The notes beneath the pieces were generated by a model. That model was not told the origin of the DNA and made no database searches. It was given only the letters and a program-made list of their open reading frames with translations. A program made the translations under genes and the position numbers. Below are positions 26,985 to 37,388 of a DNA stretch of 64,000 nucleotides, piece by piece. Source of the stretch: Amphiscolops sp. MND2022 (taxonomy: Eukaryota); assembly GCA_964187785.1 (NCBI GenBank), contig OZ076409.1, forward strand, positions 84,880,001 through 84,944,000, given 5' to 3'. Positions within the stretch are counted from its first letter, which is position 1, and each line of letters begins with the position of its first letter.

Positions 26985-28063
26985 GTGGATGAAACCGGGG
27001 ATTCAAGTCTCAACAAAACCCTTATAAGGGTGATGAGGGAATCGAAATATGACACTCAATTTTTCCGCGGGTTTTTCCCTCCGAAGCCAGAAGGAGAAGA
27101 GAAAGAAGTTCATCACCATATGGTCTTTAACCCAACTGAAAATCAGCAGCTTCTCAATTACAAACAATTTTGTGAAAACTCTGCACTAAACAGTCCACTA
27201 TCAACTGAAAATCCAAACAAAGTGAGAATTTACAATCCTGAGGAAAATGCAATCCAACATAGACGAGATGTTAAGCAACATCGACTCATTGCCATCAATC
27301 ATCGACGTCTCCAGTGAATCAGGAGAAGAGTTTACGGTGGAGCCCGGAGACATCCAGGCCCTGGATGAAGGATTCCGAGTTGGGGGCTCCAGTGCAGATG
27401 CCTTGTCAGTCTTTGTTGGCGCTGCTGCAGCAACTATTTTTCCCTCTGCTTCGCTCCCCTACCAGACAGAGGAAGTTATTGACACTACTGGGTCCCAGAT
27501 CGAGAGACAATTAATGGAGCTAGTGGAAGAGCACCAGAATCATGACTCGGTTTCATCGCCATCATATACTGATACTGAGTTCGAGGAGTCACCGGAACCA
27601 CCAGAAGATCAAGAAATGGACAATGATTTGTGGCTCAACAGTTATGGTCGGGTCGCCCGACCGCCGCAATCTTACAAACTGCATGAGAACGGGGCAGAGG
27701 TAGAGGATCGACTATCCGGCCAGTGCCAACCTATCCTCCAGGTTATTCGTCGCAAGTAAGCAATTTCAACACAGAGGGGAATGTTATGCAAAAAGTACAA
27801 AAAGTGAGCTTCAACAGTGAGTATAACTACCATCAAAACGGACCAGCTATCATCAACTCAAACGTACTCACAGTCAATATGATTCAAAAACCCAATACTG
27901 TCCCCCTAATGATTTGTATCCCATCAATTGTACCCAACTTTATGACCACTCATGGAGGCCATCAAGCCCAGCACCAGCAACCAGCGCAATATGGGGTTGC
28001 ATTACAATCTACGCACAGCACGAGCTTCCTACTATTGCCCGCAAGAGAGAAGGACGCATATCG
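26985..28063 (+). pseudogene. G1 sense accessory ORF (frameshifted): acidic, SIM-like IIDVSSESGEE, Q/P-rich tail
   Basis: Overlapping ORFs 26985-27317, 27247-27759 and 27723 onward lie between the antisense gene and the 3' LTR. Confidence 0.55.
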
Positions 28064-29295
28064 GTCACCCTTCTCTTCGAGTAGTAACGCATTCTCGCCA
28101 CTGTACAATTTCAGCAGTGTTAGCTATAAAACATCAGTATTATTAGAGCAGTCCAAATCGCGTTCAAAGTAATCATTTTGTATGATGCTATTTATTGCAT
28201 TCTAGGGTCTTGGTGCTCTATATTTCTTGAGATAGAAATAGTATGACGTTTTTGACGTAATCCTATTTTTGTAAGTTCCAATATGACTCCCACATTAGAG
28301 TGCATAGGCAAGCTTAATTTGCTCAAAGCGCAATTTGTGCTTTCAATACCTCGGATTCCACGACCATACCTTTAACCGTGCAAAATTGACAAATTACGTC
28401 ATAAGTCCAGGATTCCACAAACAAGCATTCCACGGACAAGCAGCGGAATTTTCGTGTCCCGGATTCCACGACAAGCAGCAAAATAGCTTGCCTATGCACT
28501 GTAATGCATAAAAATGAGTGTCATGGTCCCCATTTTTCCTGGGTTAAGAGCGCAGTAAATAACGAAATTCAGTTGAAATATAACCTTCAGAAGTGTAAAA
28601 TTGATACCCAAATCATCTTCGTAAAAGCAATCTATCCACCAATTGTTCTATCACTTCTCTTTTGGATTCGAAAGTACATCAGCATAATTCAACTCTTTGA
28701 CCCACCAAAACACCATTTTAAACTAAGAAAAATGGGACACAAGAGAAACAGAAGATCAAGGAGGCTGGAAACCCTATCTCTAGAGAGAGAATTAGAGAGA
28801 ACACAAGTAGAAACGTCTATTACTTGTGTAATGAGACTTTAACAAAACTGTTGTTCAAGAAAATTTAGGTGAAAACCACTCGGAAAATCATTTGACTGAA
28901 CCCAGTCAGCTCAGCAATAAAATCCAAGTATGGACACAAATTATGGAACAAAAGAATGATGATAAAATTGGAACAATGAGAGAAGAAATGGACAATGAAC
29001 TAGAGGCTATCCTGAAAGAAGTTAAGTCTAACAAAACTACATCAACAGTAACAAACCCAAGATCAAAAAGTAACGAAATACAAGATTCACAACCGTCGGG
29101 ATCCAAAACAAATAGGTCTATTGGATTTCGCGCATCTAATTTTGAAAACTCAGATTCAGAAAACGACTATTATCCTCTTAAGAGCTTCAAAAATGAAAGA
29201 CTTGAAGCATCCTGCAAAACAATTATTTCAAAACGAATTCGATGTAGACATAACGATACATTCAAACGAAGAATCAGACGTAGAGGATTATCTTA
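28064..29295 (+). repeat. G1 3' LTR (first ~450 bp missing; contains a MITE)
   Basis: Matches 11377-12406 from GTCACCC onward. Ends ATTATCTTA followed by ATTCT. Confidence 0.85.
28293..28506. mobile_element. 214-bp MITE, CACTA/CMC-like, inserted in the G1 3' LTR
   Basis: TIRs CATTAGAGTGCATAGGCAAGCT / AGCTTGCCTATGCACTGTAATG, flanked by CA..CA. Absent from the 5' LTR copies. Internal GGATTCCAC-like repeats. Confidence 0.88.
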
Positions 29296-29350
29296 ATTCT
29301 CGTTGCAGCGCATAACAAACAAGGCGTATTTAAATTAAATAAATAAAAAG

Positions 29351-29422
29351 GCAGGTTGGCCGAATGGTTGGTGCGTTGGCTTTCTAACCAAAAGGTCGCA
29401 GCTTCGATTCCCGGGAACTGCA
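29351..29422 (+). ncRNA. tRNA-like sequence (Arg-TCT-like) inside the BEL 5' LTR
   Basis: 72 nt; GCAG..CTGC-A ends; A-box TGGCCGAATGG; TTGG/CCAA anticodon arm around TTCTAA; B-box-like TTCGATTCC. Acceptor and T stems are imperfect. Confidence 0.7.
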
Positions 29423-29507
29423 ATTATTCAGGAAAAATCCAAATATTCAGAAAATTTCTAACTTTTGCAATAATATATTAGTCAAAATAACTTTGAAAAC
29501 ATTGCAT

Positions 29508-31283
29508 CGTCGTAAGCATTGTCCATGGGTTCGTCATTGAGACGATTTCGAACTCGCTCGTTTTTCAAGTTGTTTTTAGAATTTTCGCTACGCAGAACTT
29601 CGTGATATATTTCCGGTCCCTCTACCGGAACGTTCCACCCTTTCTGTGTCATGTGTCCTGATCCGTCCATTAGGATATTCTGAATCTGAGGCAGTACTTG
29701 ACTGCTAATGGCGTCATTAATTGCCCTCTGAATCTGTACACTAACACTGTTCATCATCTCATTAGAGTTTAATCCACTCGACAGTCTATTAATCTCGGCG
29801 CTAGAGTTAGCACTTGCGGAATTCCGTCCGAGTTGGGCATTAACACCTAACTCGGCTTCTCTGGAATTCAAGTACAATTTTTTCGTTGTTTTCAAACAGG
29901 TTGCTATTCACGCTCTCCGGTCTCCTTGCATGATTACTATTTACACTTTCTTCTCTTTCAGATTGTCTACTACCTAACATTATATCTAAACTCTCCAAAT
30001 CTTAGAACATTTCAAGTCCTCTCGACTTCCTTGCTTTCTTTTGCTTTCTTGTAGTAGGGAATGAAGATTTCAGGTTGTAATTCTTTAGTGGTAATCAGGT
30101 TTGCAATCTTTAAGAGCGTTTCAATTTCAATTGATCAAAATGGATTGTGTCCCTCTCAGGAGAAATCCTGGTATTAATACCTCTGGGAGGGTGACTTTCA
30201 CTTTTTTCACAAACCATAACTGACATCATAATAAAGTTGAAACATAACATAACAACTCACTACTTTAGTATTTTACATTCCTTAATCATCAGGTGACATA
30301 TTGGCCGTAGCACAAATCATGGAACGCGTCTGAGTGCTCTTTTTAGCTACAAATGTTAGCATCAAAGCTAGGCGGACTAATTCGACCTTGTACCTGTAAA
30401 CAAATAGTGTCTAGCTGAGTATTGATTCTAGCACTTCAAAATGTTGCTTATATTGGCAGGTATGTGAAGTATTTACGACACGTGTCTGCGTGTGCGAGCA
30501 AATTCAACAGTCAACAGTTCTATTTTCATGCATCATCAGAACAATATAAATATGCCCGATACGGCTATTTGACTAGGGCGCTGGTCAAAAGAATGACCGG
30601 AATAGTCCATAGGACAAGTATTTAGGTTGCCACTGGTGATCATTATTAACTGCACTATTTAAGCTCAAGAGGCTTAATAACATCCACAAATATGAATAAA
30701 GTGATACATGACTTCAAATAACCGAAACATTCACGCATTGAGGCATCTTTAATAATAATGAGCAAAACGGCCTGAATCGGCGATTTGCCTTTTGTCCTGA
30801 ATCGTAAACGCAACGTAATGTCAAGCGGCCATATCCGGCCAATTAAAATTAAATCAAATTGTGTACCGCACTAAGAAAACAAAGGATCTGATTGGCTGAT
30901 GGAATGAGCTCAAGTGACGTCCCCGGTATTGGAGTTTCGATCACTTGAATTCGTTTCCATTAACCTACATTTTTGCTGTATTGCATTCGGCTCTCATTTT
31001 CATTACCGCAATATCTAGCGCATTGATCACTTCGATTGGCACTTTCGAATCTGAATATTAATAGACTAATACTCAAACGTACACATATTTAGCACTGTTT
31101 CACAAATATTTTTACAAAAAGTATTGCTCAAAACTACAAAAAATAGCAGAGCAACAATGTACTGGAAAATTAACTGATAAGGCCATGTTCTAGTTCAATA
31201 AATAGGCAGAGTACTTGGTGCTATTTCTTGTCCAAATGAGGTCGTCGTGATCTTCGTGCCGTCACAGGCCGCAGCCTGCAACA
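29508..31283 (-). repeat. G2 3' LTR (1776 bp)
   Basis: Minus strand starts TGTTGCAGGC and aligns throughout with 44055-45827. Confidence 0.93.
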
Positions 31284-31421
31284 CAGCGGGAGCCAGAAAA
31301 TAACAAACTCCCGGCGTTGAGACCAGTTGAATAAGCTTCGCATCTGAGGTTCGTGATGTATGCGGGTTCGCTTGGGGTAGTAGTCCTCTCCATGTACCGG
31401 TTTATCTTCTGCTGCTTGATT

Positions 31422-31973
31422 TCAGCAACAGATTGCCGCACACCATGCAGCTGAGGCATTTCTGATTGCTGAGATCCGCATAAGGCTGTACATTCTGAAT
31501 ATGGTAGGAAGCGTGGTAGTTATCGTCCAAAGGTTGTAAGTATCCAATGAAGGTCCCTTTTCGTGCTCAGGGGACATAGGAGACTCCATAACACGTAGAA
31601 GGGTCTTGCATAGCTCAATTCTGGTCTTTCCTGTCCATCTGGAGGGCGCATGGCACATTTCCTTGTCAAAATACTGAAGGCTCAATTTAGGGGAAGTAGG
31701 CGGAACGGATTGTGAACTGCAAGGGCCCGCTTCCAACTCGCCGTCTACACCTTCTGTCGTCATGATACTGCCCCCAATGAGCATAGGACTGGATTTGACT
31801 TTTCTTTCAATTCTGTCGATCAGCATCTCCGTGTCCGTAGACCAATCTGAGTCCCAGGAGTCGGACACTTCCTCCTCGCTGTCACTTGAGATGTATATTA
31901 CTGAATCTGTGGATTCCTCAGAGCTTTGCTCTTCGAGGTCGAAACGTTTTCTCAGTAGGCTGAAATTCTGCAT
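31422..31973 (-). CDS. G2 sense accessory ORF: acidic with SIM-like VIYISSDSEEE (probably degenerate at the 3' end)
   Basis: 183-aa ORF in the same position and orientation as the G1 ORF at 27247. Confidence 0.55.
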   Translation of the reverse strand: MQNFSLLRKRFDLEEQSSEESTDSVIYISSDSEEEVSDSWDSDWSTDTEMLIDRIERKVKSSPMLIGGSIMTTEGVDGELEAGPCSSQSVPPTSPKLSLQYFDKEMCHAPSRWTGKTRIELCKTLLRVMESPMSPEHEKGPSLDTYNLWTITTTLPTIFRMYSLMRISAIRNASAAWCAAICC

Positions 31974-32997
31974 GATGAGTTTTTTTTACCAATTTTGAGT
32001 TACTAAATGCGAATGAGCTAGGCAAAATTTTAGGGTTGAATGATTTTGCTAAAATTCTTGAAGCAAGTCGAATCGGGCTTTTTGCCGGTAATTTCAATTC
32101 GGCGATTAAAACTTCGATTATTCTCCCTAAGTCGGCGTAAACTTCCCTGAATGGAATTCCATCAATGGTCAGTAGGCTTTGATATTCCGATGTCTACTGC
32201 TCATCACTCTCGTCATCGGAAGAGGTGTGAAACACGCTTAAGTTGTTAATATCAAATACACTCGTCTCAAGTGGGTAATTTACGAGTCGCTTTAAGGCAA
32301 TTAACGGCACGCGTCACACATATCTCTAAAAATGGCTTTAGCCAATCAAAATTGTTTATTGATAAAGATGAAAAATGAATAGATAAAAAGGCGAAAATAA
32401 TAGCCAGAATAACCCAACATGGCGGAAATTCTAACTAAATGATAATATTGATAACTAAACGAAGCGGTAAAACGTAACAAGGCAAACGGCCATAATCGGC
32501 TTCGAACTAAGTAAGCTGTAAATAACCAAGAATTTTTTGTACAATTCGCTGGCAGACGCCTGGACAGTTTTTATATGTAAATAGCCATAGATATTAGTCT
32601 GGTAAACTTCTTCAGCCACGAACTTCAACTTTCAAATTTTGATTGTTATCCCTTCCAATTCTGTTATCATTTGAATTCTTCATAATTGTATTCCTTTTCA
32701 TTCGAATTTATTCAGCATTACTCATCCCTTTTCATCTCCAACTGCTGTTGCTGACATTATACCTCTCGGCGAACGGCGGATCATTACCCTTCCTCAGCCG
32801 GATTCGGCCATCTTCCCAACTTTCATCAGTCATTCAAGGACTGTCTCCCGGAGTACAAAACTACAGCAAGCAAATGTCTTCAAACTTGATCATGGCTAAA
32901 CTTTGCTCACAAAGTGCTTCCTGTTCCATTTTGAGACACGTGATTAACACGTTTTGTTCAAGTCGAAGGATACGTCTAGAATTTTTTTATGCTGTAA

Positions 32998-35900
32998 ATG
33001 GATTTCTTTCAAGGAAGCTCACCGCCAAATTTCATTCCTTTCTGTTTAGACAAACAGCATTCTCGGAATGACGCAACACCAGACCCTGGGTCGAATACCA
33101 ATCCTGCTTCTAGTAAGGCCTGCTCTCCACCTCATTTTCCCCCACTGAAGGCTTCAACTAATCAAACTCAAGCCAGGGTTCTCAATTCCCCACACAGCAT
33201 GGACAGCAACGTAGATGTCACAGCCTACGCTACTGAGATGGCCCAACGAATGAAAGCAGCCCAGTGCGCAACAGGCCCTGAGGTTCTGGGAACCGTGAGA
33301 GATGAGGCCGAACTGGGCTGCTCCCCGAAAAGCACGTTGCGTATACAATCATCCGACCAGATTAGGAAGAGCACTCCAACTCCTCCTGACCAGAGCATTT
33401 TGGGAGCTGTGAGCATATCTCAGCTCGAATCGGTCCTCAGAATTGTTAGTACCTCACATACTGAGTTCCCTGAGCTACAATTCACTCCAGGCACTTCAAA
33501 AGAGACGTCTGTGGCTTCGTTCCTCCAGCAAAAAGAGGATGCCTCTTCATCATTATGCGACCCTTCTCCTTTGCCTGAAGACACCGGCCAAGTCAGAAAC
33601 CTGGGGGCCTATAGTGAAGGAGATAAAACAGGTGATGCTCAATCCTTACATGTTCCGATTCGGGCTTTGACGGAGGTGATGAAACTGGAGCTGAGAGTTG
33701 CAACACAAGCCAACCAGGACCGCCTAAAGTAACTTTGTTATCACAGGAGCAACCACCTAGAGAATTGTCGGGCCGTAGCAGGGCCATCTTGAAAGAGTAC
33801 TTCTTTGCGACGGATCCGTACACCTTCCCAGTAGGACACAGGACTGTAGCTTTCACCGAGTCACAGATCTACCATCTACTGCGCGTGTTGGCCGACGAAG
33901 CCATCAACATGTCATGTTCAGCCATGGAGAAAATGGTGATAGGAGCGGTAAAACGAACTCCAGCCAAGGACTGAGCAGTTCCGGACCAAGACACGGGCCT
34001 TAACCCCTAAGCACCGCCAAGTTGGAGATTCTATTTCGGAAGGGTTCACAACAGGTCCTGAGTCAGGTTCAGAGACCTTTGGAGATGTTAGCATCCTGCA
34101 AGGGGATGAAAAGACCTTCCTCTGCCCTATGAGAGTGATAGCTCAGGAGAAATGGCGCTGATCGCTTGAACCTTTGAGAGGACAGCAAATGTGTACCCAA
34201 CCACTACTTAGCAGTGCCACTCAGGCAAGATTCTCCAGGAGAAGGAGCTGAATCCACTGGACTTAGTAGTCTCGATGCCACGCTATCTGAAGTCCGAGAT
34301 CAGCTACCCACACGGATATCCCAACACAGCACGCAAGCCAAAAGGCCTACCAAGGCTAAGAGGGTACATCAGCGAGGGGTGCCCATGCGAGAAGAATTCT
34401 TCTTGAAAAGTGGCTGGACACGCTCTTTCATATCAGGGCCAGCGAATCTTTTGCATAATCCACATATGGTCTGGTGCCAAATGTGCAAAAAAGAACTTTT
34501 CCGTGAAGACGAAAGGGACGGCTGAGATCTTGAGACATCACAGGAAAGAAAAACACTTGCGCAAGGAGCAGCGATGGCGCTATGAACACCTCAAGAGCGT
34601 CAATCCGGTCACAAGGAGAATCCAACACAGGGTGAGAGGCAGAAACGGTAAAATCCTCAGTGAGACTGAATTAGCTCGCGAGCTTCCAAAATTCATCCAC
34701 ACGGAACACGTTGACGTAGGAGAGAAATTCCCCTTCAATTAGGACTTTCTCAAAGGACTTTTTCACGCGCCAAGACCCAAATGTGCCTTATCGGTGACTT
34801 CGTTCAGCACCAAGGTGACCTTACCATGCTTCGGAATTTGTGGTCACGGGTCGGGTCCTTCACCGACTACCAAACTGTCTTCCATGACTTTGACTGGAGC
34901 GAAGAGCGACTAACGGTGAGCAGCTTCGTCAACGTCAATTTCCATTCTACTTGGGTATACACGTACATGTACATGTAAGTACATAGGTTTATAGTCAATA
35001 TTTGCATTCCAGGCCATATTCCAGCACATTTTCAATAGTGAGATGGAGGACATCGATGTGCAATTTGCCGCAACCCAACACTTCTCCGTTGAGTTTGAGG
35101 AGAGAGGAACGAACCGGCTCATGACTCTTCGTTCCTGGAAGGGCTCACACTCTGAAGAGTGTTCGCCTGCCGAAAAGGGCTCCCGACCACTGGACTCACT
35201 GGAGAACTGGGTTCCAGTTCCCGCTTGTTGTCCGTGGTGTCAACTCGCGCAGACATCCTCGCCAGCTCAGGGTGCCCAATGGACCTCATCCGCACGATCG
35301 ATAACCGCGCTTCCTTTCCCCGAGCACTCCAGAGCTGTTTCCGATTCGAGCAGTTTGACCTTCAGTCTCTCATGCACAAGCCCAGCTACAGCGTATTTGG
35401 GCGAATAGACATGTTCTCTGTCCTGCAAGGCCTCTTGGTCTCCCTCGCAGGGGCAACATATGAACACTGGGTCCTAGAGTCCCCCGAAACCACACGTGTT
35501 AGTTTACTTTCACTGTGTGGTAACAAAAGAAAAAGGGGGTAGAGACCCTAGGGTATAGTTGGTTTTCAAATGATATCTTGTTTAGGCCATAACTACATGC
35601 AAACTGGAAGTGCCGAAAATCCCTGACCTATGTTGGGATCTTCTGAAGCGGTGGAATTCCGTACTGCTTTACTTGACAGTTCACTCCCGACGACAGGAAA
35701 ACAAAGGAGTCCAAAACAAAGTATGAATTCTTGGATAAAATGTCATTGCTTAGGATTGTTGCGATTGTAGGACTTCTCTCCAAACGAATGACTCAAGATC
35801 TATTTCTATAAGCCATGTTGGGTATGTTCACAGGTCGAAAGTTTCGAATCGTCCCTGATATGTGACAACGTTTTCGCTGTCAAACTAGAGTCTTCCAGCG

Positions 35901-37130
35901 TCTGGTCCAAGATTGTAAGTATATCAGACCGGAAAGCTCCTCTCATTCGAATGTCCGGTCTAGGACTCTTGGTTTAGTTTCCAGACGTCACCAGCTTTGC
36001 CACTCATCTTGCTCAGAGACGAGACGCTACCTTCTTCCTTTGCGGGGAAGCCTGTAAGTTTATCTAACAACTTTGCTTCCGGATTTAACAGGCCGAGAGA
36101 GTTGGTTCCTCCTGCTCGATTTCAAAACACGTGAAGGGAAGTTTATGGACGCTGACGAGTTCCTGATTCGGCTCAAGATGGTCAAGACGGTGACTGCTGC
36201 TAGCAATTTGAAAGCTGCCGGAATACACTTGAACGAGAAGTCCAGTAAAGCAGTTATCAACAAGACTGCAGAACCAGCCAAGACCGACTTCATTACAGAT
36301 GCCATGAAGCACATCGTGTATTTGCTGGGGGAAGTTTTGCGACACACGGGTCTTAGCTCCGATGTCATCAAAAGATTAGCAATATTTGATCCATACATCA
36401 TGTTTAAAATGCCTACAGATTAAGCTCTCCGCCTTTTCGACACATTGTATGCGACTTTCCAGCTCTGTCTTAGGTTTTGACTTCCAACGAGACCTCTAAT
36501 CGTAATGAGTTTGTGTCATTATTGGACCATCTCCGCACCAATCACTCCTCTGCCTTCGACTTCTCTAGTGGATCACCCGACTTGAAAGAAATCTTCATGG
36601 GGCTGGATTTCTTCCAGGCGCACCAGCACATCTGTTACCTCTTCAAGTTGTGCTGTCAATGTATCACTTCCTTCAGTCATCAGTACCCTGCCGGGACCAT
36701 GGGCAAGATATACACTACAGGCTTTCAAAATTGTATAGCAGATGTAGTCATGCCCTGCCTGAGATATTTGTCCCAGGTCCCTGATTCCTTAGCTCTTTGT
36801 TGTACTGATGCCAACCTTGATAAATTCTTCCTGCTATCTGTTTCTTTCGAATCATCAGCCTTTGCTCCAGATTATGACCCCTGGACGTTCGGGGATAACT
36901 TTGGGCGATCGTCCATTTATAAGTCCCTCATTTCCTTCTATCGTTCTGCTCTCTCTGGATCGGGGGTGAGTCCTAAAGGTCCAGTTGCCACTGACACTAC
37001 CTCCGTAAAGGATGCACCAGCCTTCATGTTGCCTAGTGACAGTAAGCGGAGGCGAATGGAGAAGGGTTCTCCACGGCCGCGGTCCCCCTCCGTTGTAGCA
37101 GAGGCCACAGCTGGTTCATCTAAAGACTAA
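32998..37130 (+). pseudogene. G2 antisense, intron-containing accessory gene: zinc-finger / hAT-transposase-derived protein
   Basis: WCQMCKKNFSVKTKGTAEILRHHRKEKH (across a frameshift); DLLKRWNSVLLYL; VIKRLAIFDP; YLFKLCCQC. GT-AG introns 34916-35012, 35498-35585 and 36054-36091. Confidence 0.82.
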
Positions 37131-37388
37131 TTGTACATATGTATGTATGTACTCTGAGACTGTAAACTTTGTTCATTTTGTCTATTTTGTTATCTGATTT
37201 TCTGTTGTTTTGTATTTATATTGTCATTCTGTTGCTAGTTTCACAATCGCTGTAATTATTTCAAAAAGGATTGTTGTCTTGTGTCCTTATATTTGTTCAG
37301 AAAATGCTCTCAAGGGACCGCGAAAAAAAGAGAAAAGATAAACGAGAAGAAGATCCATCCCTCGTTTCTGAGCAGACTTCAATCTTTT

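Larger units (their letters stand above)
10926..29295 (+). mobile_element. Giant Gypsy/Ty3 LTR retrotransposon G1 (degenerate; 5' end duplicated)
   Basis: ATTCT flanks both ends (10921-10925, 29296-29300). TG start, PBS, gag with two CCHC knuckles, PR-RT-RH-IN order, accessory ORFs and a partial 3' LTR. Confidence 0.88.

Noticed and set aside
28028..28064. AAGAGAGAAGGA (~28044-28055) as the G1 PPT with the LTR starting at ~28064
   Set aside because: No TG terminus there. The ATTCT duplication and TG start place the LTR start at 10926, so a deletion is more parsimonious, though not proven.
29351..29422. Functional tRNA gene
   Set aside because: Acceptor and T stems are poorly paired and the sequence is an LTR component; reported as tRNA-like only.
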